This document shows positions 9,195 to 16,221 of a stretch of DNA of 64,000 nucleotides, one piece after another. This DNA is from Candidatus Parcubacteria bacterium (GTDB lineage Bacteria; Patescibacteriota; Minisyncoccia; Phycocordibacterales; UBA2100). A model generated the notes under the pieces. It was not told the DNA's origin. It saw nothing but the letters and a program-made list of their open reading frames with translations, and made no database searches. How positions within the stretch are numbered: the stretch's first letter is position 1; every line of letters begins with the position of its first letter. Both the position numbers and the translations under genes were made by a program. The DNA lies in assembly GCA_003599295.1 (NCBI GenBank), contig QZJK01000011.1:13372-77371 (forward strand). The letters run 5' to 3'.

Positions 9195-10124
9195 TCACGT
9201 TCGCAGGTACCGCCTAACTGCAAGAAAACTGGATAACGCCCCGAGCGCAACGCCAGTGCCCACGACGATGACAAAAAGGAAGAAGAACGAACCTATATAG
9301 TAGTTATAGACGTTGAACGCCTCCAAAAACCGCTCGGAACCGGGCCCAAGCCAGAGGGTCAGCGGGTAGAGGAGAAGAAGGACTAGAAGGCCGCTTACCA
9401 CCCCATAGAGGACGCCGGCCACCATAAACGGTCCCCGCACGTACCATCTGCCGGCGCCCACGATATTCATGACGCCTATTTCGTCGCGCGCCGTGTATAT
9501 CGCGAGACGGATGGTGTTGAAGGCAATGAGAAGCGTGCAGAGCGCGAGAACGAATGCGATCACATACCCTACCCGCTTCGATGTTTGGATAATACTGGTC
9601 AACCGGTCTATCGCCGCCTTGTTCTGATAGAAATTCACCTTATCAATGACGGCCCCCGCTCCGCTTCCGGCTTCCTGACGCGATTCAAGGAACGCTGCGA
9701 TCGATTCATACTGGCTCGTTTCTTTCGCGCGTATGCCGAGGCTCGCCCCCAATGGGTTCTCTTCAAGTTCATCAAGGGCCTGGATCGTGAGCTGGTCGTT
9801 CTTGTGCCGTTCCCGAAATGCGGTAAGGGCTTCTTCGCGGCTCGTATATGCGACCGATGCGACTTCAGGAAGCGCTTCCAGTGAATTGCGTATTTCGGAT
9901 ATCTGTTCTTCCGTAGCACTCGTCATGAAATACACCGTCACGTCGACTTTTTCCGTGAGCGAAGCGAGCGTTGTCTGGAGGGCTGCTCCGAATATGATGA
10001 CTGCTGCAAGCACGAAGAGCGTTATCGTCATGATGAGAACAGCCGCAAGCGAAACGAACCCGTTCCGCATGAATCCGATGAGTCCGTACCTCGCGACTCT
10101 TTTTATGTTTACCCAAGTGCTCAT
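9195..10124 (-). CDS. ftsX: Cell-division permease-like protein FtsX.
   Basis: N-terminal TM, a periplasmic domain and three C-terminal TM helices. It sits directly downstream of ftsE. Confidence 0.8.
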   Translation of the reverse strand: MSTWVNIKRVARYGLIGFMRNGFVSLAAVLIMTITLFVLAAVIIFGAALQTTLASLTEKVDVTVYFMTSATEEQISEIRNSLEALPEVASVAYTSREEALTAFRERHKNDQLTIQALDELEENPLGASLGIRAKETSQYESIAAFLESRQEAGSGAGAVIDKVNFYQNKAAIDRLTSIIQTSKRVGYVIAFVLALCTLLIAFNTIRLAIYTARDEIGVMNIVGAGRWYVRGPFMVAGVLYGVVSGLLVLLLLYPLTLWLGPGSERFLEAFNVYNYYIGSFFFLFVIVVGTGVALGALSSFLAVRRYLRT

Positions 10125-10179
10125 ACGCGCTCTATTGTAGCATCACGCACTGATGCTCCTAGATATCTGTGGGGGTTTA

Positions 10180-10860
10180 CTATAAAACGTACTTCCCCAT
10201 TTTATCGTCTCTGACAACTCTTCCTTGGTCCATCGTAACAACTCGGCGGCCTACAGAATCGACGACGCTCTTGTTGTGCGTTGCAAGAAGGACGGTCGTA
10301 CCGAGATCGTTTATCTTTTTCAATATTTCGACGACGTCGTGCGTGTTTATAGGGTCAAGGTTTCCGGTCGGCTCATCCGCTATCAAGACGTCCGGCTGGT
10401 TGACGATGGCGCGTGCGATAGCAACACGCTGTTGTTCGCCGCCGGAAAGTTCCGACGGAAAACTCCACATTTTTTCGGGAAGACCGACGAGGTCGAGAAC
10501 GTGCGGCACATCAGCCTCGATATCCTCATCGCTTTTCCCCGCAACCTCAAGAGCGAACGCGATATTCTCATAGACCGTTTTCATAGGAAGCAGGCGGAAA
10601 TCCTGGAATATCGTGCCGATTTTCCGCCTCAATTCCCGAAGTTCGTTCTGCGAAAGCCCCTCTATCTGGCGCGAGCCGAAATAGACAGAGCCCTCGGTGG
10701 GCAAGATCTCCGCGAACAGCATTTTGAGGAGGGTCGTCTTGCCTGCACCGGAGTGCCCGACTAAGGAAACGAACTCTCCGGGCTCGACGCCAAGCGTTAT
10801 ACTCTCGACTGCAGGCGGTCCGCCGTTGTATTTTTTCGTTACTTTGTCGTAGAAGATCAT
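10180..10860 (-). CDS. ftsE: Cell-division ABC ATPase FtsE.
   Basis: Walker A GHSGAGKTT, ABC signature LSGGEQQR and Walker B VLIADE. Confidence 0.9.
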   Translation of the reverse strand: MIFYDKVTKKYNGGPPAVESITLGVEPGEFVSLVGHSGAGKTTLLKMLFAEILPTEGSVYFGSRQIEGLSQNELRELRRKIGTIFQDFRLLPMKTVYENIAFALEVAGKSDEDIEADVPHVLDLVGLPEKMWSFPSELSGGEQQRVAIARAIVNQPDVLIADEPTGNLDPINTHDVVEILKKINDLGTTVLLATHNKSVVDSVGRRVVTMDQGRVVRDDKMGKYVL

Positions 10861-10923
10861 ATAAACGACATTTCTAGCCCTAAAAGCTAGTTTTTGCGAA
10901 ACACCAGCTGCATAATCGCGTCA

Positions 10924-11820
10924 TTATACCGCACCTGCTCCGCTCTCCAAACTCCTTTCCGCATCTATGAACGATTGAATGTCCCCATCGAGCACGTTCT
11001 CGACGTCGCGGCGTTCATGTTCAGTGCGATGGTCTTTCACGAGCTGGTACGGATGAAGGACATAGGAGCGGATCTGGCTTCCCCACTCGATCTTCGTCGA
11101 GGTGCCGGCAGAAAGACCCCGCGCTTCGCGCTCTTGCGCTTCCTGCTTCAATTGAAAGAGCTTTCCCCGCAGCATTTCGAGCGCTTTTTCCCGATTCTGC
11201 AGCTGACTTCTCTCGCTCGTTACATGGACCGACATACCGGTCGGCTTGTGCGTCATCCTGACCGCCGTATCGCGTTTATTCACATTCTGTCCGCCCGGAC
11301 CTCCGGAACGCGCGACGGTCACCTCGAGTTCATTTTCCGGAATGTGCGCTTCACCGACATCGGGAAGCTGCGGCAATACTTCGACGAGTGAAAATGATGT
11401 TTGACGTTTGCCGGCCGAGTTAAACGGCGACATGCGCACCAAGCGATGAACACCCGCTTCACCTTTTAATGTGCCGTACGCTCCCGCACCGTTCACTTCG
11501 AGAGAGATGCTGCGGTACCCGCCCATCGTATTCTGGTTCGATGAGAGGAGTGCCGTCTTCCAGCCGCGTGCGAGCGCGTATTTGCCGTACATTTCGAACA
11601 AGATGCGTGAAAAATCTTCCGCATCGTCGCCTCCCGCGCCCGATACTATGGAAAGTATTGCGTTCCCCTTATCGTAGGCGCCGGCTCCCGCAAGCTTTGC
11701 CTTGAGCTCCTGATACTCTTTCAATGTGTTCTGCGCGCGCTCTTTATCAGCCCAAAAGTCTGCCGCGCCCATCGCGGCCTCTATTCTCTCAATGCGCGTC
11801 TGTATCTCCTCCTTTTGCAT
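10924..11820 (-). CDS. prfB: Peptide chain release factor 2. It is short, with no programmed-frameshift N-terminal segment.
   Basis: SPF motif ([15 protein letters not shown]) and GGQ motif ([11 protein letters not shown]). At 298 aa it aligns to E. coli RF2 from about residue 45 onward. Confidence 0.85.
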   Translation of the reverse strand: MQKEEIQTRIERIEAAMGAADFWADKERAQNTLKEYQELKAKLAGAGAYDKGNAILSIVSGAGGDDAEDFSRILFEMYGKYALARGWKTALLSSNQNTMGGYRSISLEVNGAGAYGTLKGEAGVHRLVRMSPFNSAGKRQTSFSLVEVLPQLPDVGEAHIPENELEVTVARSGGPGGQNVNKRDTAVRMTHKPTGMSVHVTSERSQLQNREKALEMLRGKLFQLKQEAQEREARGLSAGTSTKIEWGSQIRSYVLHPYQLVKDHRTEHERRDVENVLDGDIQSFIDAERSLESGAGAV

Positions 11821-11832
11821 TGAGGCAGTATA

Positions 11833-11867
11833 CCCCTTACCACTTTTGAGCCAAAAGTGGTAAGGGG
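11833..11867 (-). promoter_or_regulatory. Perfect 15-bp stem-loop ccccttaccactttt-gagcc-aaaagtggtaagggg. It sits between the EamA stop and the prfB start, 12 nt upstream of the prfB ATG.
   Basis: Read directly. There is no U-run after it on either strand. Confidence 0.5.
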
Positions 11868-12764
11868 TTATTCGCGATTAAGCAGGGCGACGCGATACAT
11901 CGCAAACATGAGGACAACAGCGGCAGCATACTGGGTCCACGCAAGTACCGTGCCGTACAAAAAGTAATCGATGAAAATAGCGGTGAGCGGGAACGCGAGC
12001 TCGACGATGGTCGAGACGCTTGCCCGCGTGTGCTTGAGGCCCCGATAGTATATCCAAAGCGCGGCCATCCCCGTCGAGAATGCAATAAGCGCAAGTGTCC
12101 CGTATTGAACGAATGTAATCTCTCCGAGAGTCGGCGCGGCGCCAAGCGCGAATACGAACACGAGTGCGATAGGGACCGTGAGTAGGAATCGAAGGCCTGT
12201 AACGAATGTGTGCGAGTGGTTGAGAAGCACGTAGCGGGAAAATGCGGTTGATGTTCCCCATGCCGCCGCCGCGAGGAGCGCGTAGAGCGCCGCAACGACG
12301 TACGCTCCGCCCTCGGAGAAATTCACGAGACCATTCGGGAACGTGACGAAATAGCCGGCCGTGAGCGCGAGCGCCGCCCACGCAACATACCCTCTCGTGA
12401 TCCGTTCTTTAAGCAGAAGCCAAGCCGCGAAAATCGCGAAAAGCGGTTGAAGCTTTTGGAGAAGGAATACGACGGAAAATTGGATGAAATTCACTTTGAG
12501 GAGAGCCGTCGTGAAGAAAAGCGTCCCCAAGACTCCCGAAAAAAGCGCGACGAGGCCGATGGCCCCCCACTCGTGCTTGTTCAGCTTCTCCCCTTTCCAT
12601 GCGCGGAACAGGAAAGGCGAAATGAGAATGAGCCCTATCAAGTGTTCGAAGAACACTATCGTGACCGGGGGAAGACCGAAAAGCGAGCGGCGAAGGATGC
12701 CATCGAGAGCCCAGAGAATAGCGGCTATGAAAATAAGGAACGGGCCCGACGACATATATTGCAT
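11868..12764 (-). CDS. EamA/DMT-family transporter.
   Basis: About 10 predicted TM helices in two repeated halves. Start trimmed to MQYMSSGPF because an ArsR terminator lies at 12788-12815. Confidence 0.7.
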   Translation of the reverse strand: MQYMSSGPFLIFIAAILWALDGILRRSLFGLPPVTIVFFEHLIGLILISPFLFRAWKGEKLNKHEWGAIGLVALFSGVLGTLFFTTALLKVNFIQFSVVFLLQKLQPLFAIFAAWLLLKERITRGYVAWAALALTAGYFVTFPNGLVNFSEGGAYVVAALYALLAAAAWGTSTAFSRYVLLNHSHTFVTGLRFLLTVPIALVFVFALGAAPTLGEITFVQYGTLALIAFSTGMAALWIYYRGLKHTRASVSTIVELAFPLTAIFIDYFLYGTVLAWTQYAAAVVLMFAMYRVALLNRE

Positions 12765-12787
12765 ACGAGAGTACGTGATATGAGTAA

Positions 12788-12815
12788 TAAAAAAACCCCG
12801 CTCGCTCGGGGTTAT
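12788..12815 (-). terminator. Rho-independent terminator for the arsR-family operon. On the minus strand: ccccg-agcgag-cgggg then TTTTTTT.
   Basis: Stem plus a U7 run, read directly. Confidence 0.6.
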
Positions 12816-13002
12816 GACAGACCACTCTAAAAAGAATGGCTTTGTCCTTCTTTCATCCCGACTGTACGGTCGGCACTGGAATCTCACCAGTTCGTGTCTT
12901 TTTACAGACTCGCGGGCTTTACCGCCGATTGGGACTTACACCCAACCCCGAAGGAACATGCTTAGTATACACGATTTTGAGTCTGTACGGTACCGCTCAA
13001 AC

Positions 13003-13371
13003 CTACTTTGCCAAAAATCCTGACTGACTTCGCACGCGATGTTTGTGCGTTCTCTTTTTGTGAGTCGTTTCAAGAATTTCTTTGAGTTTGCTGAGGCGCG
13101 TATCCCACTCTCGCTCCAGATGGGTAATGAATTTTTTGCCCAACTTCAACGAATTGATATCTAACAGTACTTGTACTTCACGCCCATTTGGTTTGAGGTG
13201 CACGATATTTGCAGACACGAGTACCTGTACTTGTTTTCGTGCTCCTTGTCTTGAGATATCAAGATTCTTGGTGAGACTCCCCATTGTATGTATCGCCCCA
13301 TCAGAAAGACGTTTGACGATCTCCAGTCGCACAGGGTCACCGAGTGCTTTAAAAACTTGAGCTTCTGTCAT
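13003..13371 (-). CDS. ArsR/SmtB-family HTH transcriptional regulator.
   Basis: ALGDPVRLEIVKRLSDGAIHTMGSLTKNLDISRQGARKQVQVLVSANIV is a winged-helix ArsR signature. Confidence 0.8.
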   Translation of the reverse strand: MTEAQVFKALGDPVRLEIVKRLSDGAIHTMGSLTKNLDISRQGARKQVQVLVSANIVHLKPNGREVQVLLDINSLKLGKKFITHLEREWDTRLSKLKEILETTHKKRTHKHRVRSQSGFLAK

Positions 13372-13808
13372 TTAGGTTTGCTGAAGAACTTCTCGAGACG
13401 ACCGAGCATAAATTCCCATCCTCCGGAATTCTGTTCGAATGCTTTTTCCGCCATACCTTCAGGTAATGCGGCAAAACCGGATTCTGTCATCGTGACCGTA
13501 CACGTTCCGTCCTCTTCTTTGATACTAAACTCGACCAGAGTGTTCGGTACGGTTGACACATCGCCGACAAAGTCACTGCCTCCAGGAATCCATCGATAGG
13601 CAAAGTACTCATAGGGCTTTGCCTCAACGACAGAAATTTGAGATTTGCCGTGTCCCTTAAAGACAAAAACCGGCTGTTCTCCGACCGCGTACGTGCCTTC
13701 TACGGCATCAGGGAACCATAAAATAACTTTCTTAGGATTTGCTATTGCGTCATATACCGCTTCCTTAGAAGCCTTAATGGCTACTTCGCGCTTAATTATG
13801 TCCTGCAT
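13368..13808 (-). CDS. SRPBCC/AHSA1-domain protein. This family is typically a partner of ArsR regulators.
   Basis: 146-aa ORF that overlaps the arsR start by 4 nt. The composition matches the Aha1/polyketide-cyclase-like fold, but it is not diagnostic. Confidence 0.65.
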   Translation of the reverse strand: MQDIIKREVAIKASKEAVYDAIANPKKVILWFPDAVEGTYAVGEQPVFVFKGHGKSQISVVEAKPYEYFAYRWIPGGSDFVGDVSTVPNTLVEFSIKEEDGTCTVTMTESGFAALPEGMAEKAFEQNSGGWEFMLGRLEKFFSKPK

Positions 13809-13865
13809 ACTTTTATGTACGAATTAATTATTAATGCTAATGGACGCAGTATAACAAGACGTGTA

Positions 13866-13895
13866 TAAATATGCAACCATAAAGTTGCATATTTA
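13866..13895. promoter_or_regulatory. 12-bp perfect inverted repeat TAAATATGCAAC-cataaa-GTTGCATATTTA upstream of the SRPBCC-arsR operon. Candidate ArsR operator.
   Basis: Read directly. It lies in the AT-rich promoter region about 60 bp upstream of the operon start. Confidence 0.5.
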
Positions 13896-13899
13896 TGTG

Positions 13900-14139
13900 G
13901 ATACGCTCCAATGTAGACTCAGGTCGTATCACCTTGGCTCCGCGGAGGCGCTGGGCGGCGCTCAGAGTCGCCGCGCGCGTGGCGAAATCACTTTGAATTT
14001 GATTTTTGAGCCACCAGCCGAGCTTGGAAACCCTCGGTTTTCCAACGCGCGCTTCGCGCGCTGCCTTCCGACACGGGGAACTCCCATTCCCCGACCCCCT
14101 CACACGCGAGGCGGCTCTACATTCACTACGTTCACTCTG
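13900..14139 (-). repeat. tRNA-trailer repeat element A, downstream of tRNA-Thr(CGT).
   Basis: Contains an inverted copy of the tRNA acceptor 3' end (agccgcctc), a GGGGTCGGGgaatgggagttCCCCGTG..GAAGG block, a cgcgcgaagcgcgcg hairpin and a ggaaaccc-tcg-ggtttcc hairpin. These are homologous to the elements at 15145-15318, 16046-16217 and 34774-34951. Confidence 0.45.
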
Positions 14140-14212
14140 AGCCGCCTCCCGGGATTGAACCGGGGACCTTATCTTTACGAAAGATACGCTCTACCAACTG
14201 AGCTAAGGCGGC
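14140..14212 (-). tRNA. tRNA-Thr, anticodon CGT.
   Basis: GCCGCCTTAGCTCAGTTGGTAGAGCGTATCTTTCGTAAAGATAAGGTCCCCGGTTCAATCCCGGGAGGCGGCT. Anticodon loop ttCGTaa with U33 in place. Confidence 0.8.
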
Positions 14213-14253
14213 AGTCCTGCAATCCTAATTCATTGAGACGGTATTTTCAATTG

Positions 14254-14325
14254 AGCCGAGGGCGGGAATCGGACCCGCAGTCTACTCCTTACCATGGAGT
14301 TGTTTTACCACTAAACTACCCCGGC
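14254..14325 (-). tRNA. tRNA-Thr, anticodon GGT.
   Basis: GCCGGGGTAGTTTAGTGGTAAAACAACTCCATGGTAAGGAGTAGACTGCGGGTCCGATTCCCGCCCTCGGCT. Anticodon loop atGGTaa. Confidence 0.8.
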
Positions 14326-14340
14326 ATCTCCGCGATACTA

Positions 14341-15000
14341 TCACGCTACGGAATAATTTTGTAATTCCTCAATACTATTTTGTATAGCCGCATCTGAGAT
14401 GTCGTTCCACGCGAGCGATGTATTCGATAGTACCTGCTCCTCGAGTTTCTTGGCGGATTCCGAAAGTCTTCTGAACGATTCCTCGGATCCATAATGCGGT
14501 CGTATCTTGTTCGTCTCCAGATAGCGTCTTCTCCCCTCAAGAAGTCTCTCGATAAGGGGTAGGACGCCATACGGCCCGACGCGAAGGTCGGCATATTCGC
14601 ATACCTTGCGCTCGACCGAAGGGTCTTTCAGCACTTCCTCCAGCTTCGAAAAGCCGAGGCCATCTATCAACGTGCATACGTTTTCCGGGAGGCCCATGTC
14701 TCGTGCGATAGCGGAGTTTGCCGTGTGATGGTCAGCGCCGTATTTTTTCACGTACTCATCTTTCACTCCTTGCCAGTAGACAAGTCCCTGTGGCTCGAGG
14801 AATTCCGGAAAATACGAGAGTTCCGATTTTATGATATTCCCCATGTCGTGAAAGAGGCATGCGAGCACGACGTCCCGCGTGCGTATCGGCTTCTTGAAGT
14901 TCTCGGATACCAGCTTCCCCACCGCCGCCACACGCAGCTGATGAAGTTGGAGGCTCGGCATCACCCGAAATTCGGCGTACAGCTGACGAGGGGTTACCAT
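14341..15000 (-). CDS. HD-domain metal-dependent phosphohydrolase.
   Basis: LFHDMG is an HD motif. The ORF runs to 15036; a start at MVTPRQ (15000) is plausible. Confidence 0.65.
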   Translation of the reverse strand: MVTPRQLYAEFRVMPSLQLHQLRVAAVGKLVSENFKKPIRTRDVVLACLFHDMGNIIKSELSYFPEFLEPQGLVYWQGVKDEYVKKYGADHHTANSAIARDMGLPENVCTLIDGLGFSKLEEVLKDPSVERKVCEYADLRVGPYGVLPLIERLLEGRRRYLETNKIRPHYGSEESFRRLSESAKKLEEQVLSNTSLAWNDISDAAIQNSIEELQNYSVA

Positions 15001-15144
15001 GCACTCATGTGACCGTGCCGACGATGCTTCTCGCAAAATCGAGTATCAAGCTCAGGATCTGGATGAGAAACCCAACGAACAGTTCCAAAAAACGGAGGAG
15101 GAACGATAAGAGCATTTCGAGAAGTCCCTTGAGTGCTTCCATAT

Positions 15145-15318
15145 GCCTATAAGTTTACCATTTTGCGCGAGCGACCGGATAAGAACTTCTGGAAAACCCA
15201 CGGTTTTCCCATTCCTTCCTCCACGGGAAAACAAATGTTTTCCCGACCCCTTTCCCCTTCAAATCCGGTCTTTCGTTCAGCAAAATGGACCCGCGTACAC
15301 GAGTCCATTTTGTCGATG
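15145..15318 (-). repeat. tRNA-trailer repeat element B, downstream of tRNA-Asp. It ends in a 16-nt direct repeat of the tRNA 3' end.
   Basis: gcgcgagcgaccggat is present at 15145-15160 and again at 15318-15333 within the tRNA. There is an inverted T-loop copy (gaccggatttgaa), a GGGGTCGGGAAAAC block, and hairpins ggaaaacc-cac-ggttttcc and gggaaaac-aaat-gttttccc. Confidence 0.5.
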
Positions 15319-15392
15319 CGCGAGCGACCGGATTTGAACCGGCGACCTTTCCCGTGACAGGGGAACGCTCTAACCAGCTGAGCTACGCCCGC
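15319..15392 (-). tRNA. tRNA-Asp, anticodon GTC.
   Basis: GCGGGCGTAGCTCAGCTGGTTAGAGCGTTCCCCTGTCACGGGAAAGGTCGCCGGTTCAAATCCGGTCGCTCGCG. Anticodon loop ctGTCac. Confidence 0.8.
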
Positions 15393-15469
15393 AAGTGAGG
15401 AGCAAAGAGCATGCTTGCATGCTTTTTCTCCGAATGCCGCGGGCGTATGAGCCATGCGATTACGCCCGC
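15393..15469 (-). repeat. Conserved about 80-bp tRNA upstream leader repeat, copy 1, in front of tRNA-Asp.
   Basis: About 80% identical to 15577-15668. Shared blocks are agtgaggagcaaa, ctttttctccgaa and tatgag..cgattacgcc. It contains a copy of the tRNA 5' end (gcgggcgta) in a 9-bp hairpin, gcgggcgta-N13-tacgcccgc. Confidence 0.5.
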
Positions 15470-15508
15470 AAACGACGGCCATTCTAGCAGAAGTTTCCTT
15501 CCGTGTCG

Positions 15509-15575
15509 TGGTGCCGGCGCCAGGAGTTGAACCTGGGACCTAGCGCTTATGAAACGCTCGCTCTAACCACCTGAG
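15509..15575 (-). tRNA. tRNA-Met, anticodon CAT. Elongator Met or Ile2-type; these cannot be distinguished by eye. CCA is encoded.
   Basis: GCCGGCGTAGCTCAGGTGGTTAGAGCGAGCGTTTCATAAGCGCTAGGTCCCAGGTTCAACTCCTGGCGCCGGCACCA. Anticodon loop ttCATaa. Confidence 0.75.
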
Positions 15576-15576
15576 C

Positions 15577-15668
15577 TACGCCGGCCTAGTGAGGAGCAAA
15601 AAGGATGCTAGCGTCCTTTTTCTCCGAACGCCGCCGGAGTATGAGAAATACTCGATTACGCCGGCGTA
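15577..15668 (-). repeat. Conserved tRNA upstream leader repeat, copy 2, in front of tRNA-Met(CAT).
   Basis: Homologous to 15393-15469. It contains a copy of the tRNA-Met 5' end (gccggcgta) plus an inverted partner. Confidence 0.5.
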
Positions 15669-15727
15669 CAGAAAATCTACTAGACTTCGCCTACTCCAGC
15701 AAGCAAAACATATACTATAATTCTCTC

Positions 15728-15916
15728 ATGGGGCGTTTTTGGAATCTGGTTCTCACTATCAACTCCGCGCTTCTTGTCTGTGCGAGCGTCTTTCTCGTTT
15801 ATTCGTTCGGGACAATGCTCATCTTTTTCGAATGGAAACAGTTCGTACTTGCGCTCACTATTTTTATCGTACTCATAGGAACAGAGATGGTCTTCAATAC
15901 ACTCTGTCACGACTGA
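15728..15916 (+). CDS. Hypothetical small two-TM membrane protein.
   Basis: MGRFWNLVLTINSALLVCASVFLVYSFGTMLIFFEWKQFVLALTIFIVLIGTE. The upstream part of the 15605 ORF overlaps the tRNA leader repeat. Confidence 0.3.
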   Translation: MGRFWNLVLTINSALLVCASVFLVYSFGTMLIFFEWKQFVLALTIFIVLIGTEMVFNTLCHD

Positions 15917-15973
15917 GGTTGTTCCTTGCGATTTTTTCTTGCGGTGCAAGAAAAAATCAACTATTATTGACTT

Positions 15974-16045
15974 AGCGGGGTGGAGCAGTAGTAGCTCGCA
16001 AGGCTCATAACCTTGAGGTCGCAGGTGCAAGTCCTGCCCCCGCAA
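15974..16045 (+). tRNA. tRNA-Met, anticodon CAT, initiator-like (fMet).
   Basis: aGCGGGGTGGAGCAGTAGTAGCTCGCAAGGCTCATAACCTTGAGGTCGCAGGTGCAAGTCCTGCCCCCGCAA is near-identical in blocks to E. coli tRNA-fMet (GGGGTGGAGCAG, GGCTCATAACC). The 1:72 pair is unpaired (A:A) and A11:U24 is present. There are only 2 G:C pairs at 30-31 rather than 3. Confidence 0.7.
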
Positions 16046-16217
16046 CAAAAATGTAGAGATAGAAAACTTCCGCAAGTTTATTTTTGATGCGGGGACAGGA
16101 CTGGGAGAGGGTCGGAGAACGGGAGTTTTCTGTGAAGGAGAGCAGTGAGCGGAGCGAGCGTTGAGAACCGTGGGTTCTCAAAGAGGAGCGGAGCGACGAG
16201 TCTAGCCCCCCGCAACA
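16046..16217 (+). repeat. tRNA-trailer repeat element C, downstream of tRNA-fMet. It ends in an 11-nt direct repeat of the tRNA 3' end (cccccgcaaca).
   Basis: Inverted copy of the tRNA 3' end tgcggggacaggact at 16088-16102. Then a GGGAGAGGGTCGGAGAAC block, gagcggagcgagcg and the perfect hairpin ttgagaacc-gtg-ggttctcaa (16161-16181). Direct repeat at 16207-16217. Confidence 0.5.
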
Positions 16218-16221
16218 AGCA

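Noticed and set aside
10924-11870. Programmed +1 frameshift site in prfB.
   Set aside because: There is no CUU-UGA-like shifty site and no upstream coding space. The gene starts directly after a hairpin.
13900-14139. Possible SRP RNA (4.5S) because of a GUCGGAAGGCAGC segment.
   Set aside because: It lacks the conserved GGAAGGAAGCAGC symmetric-loop motif and the helix-8 context. It is better explained as a tRNA-trailer repeat element homologous to three others.
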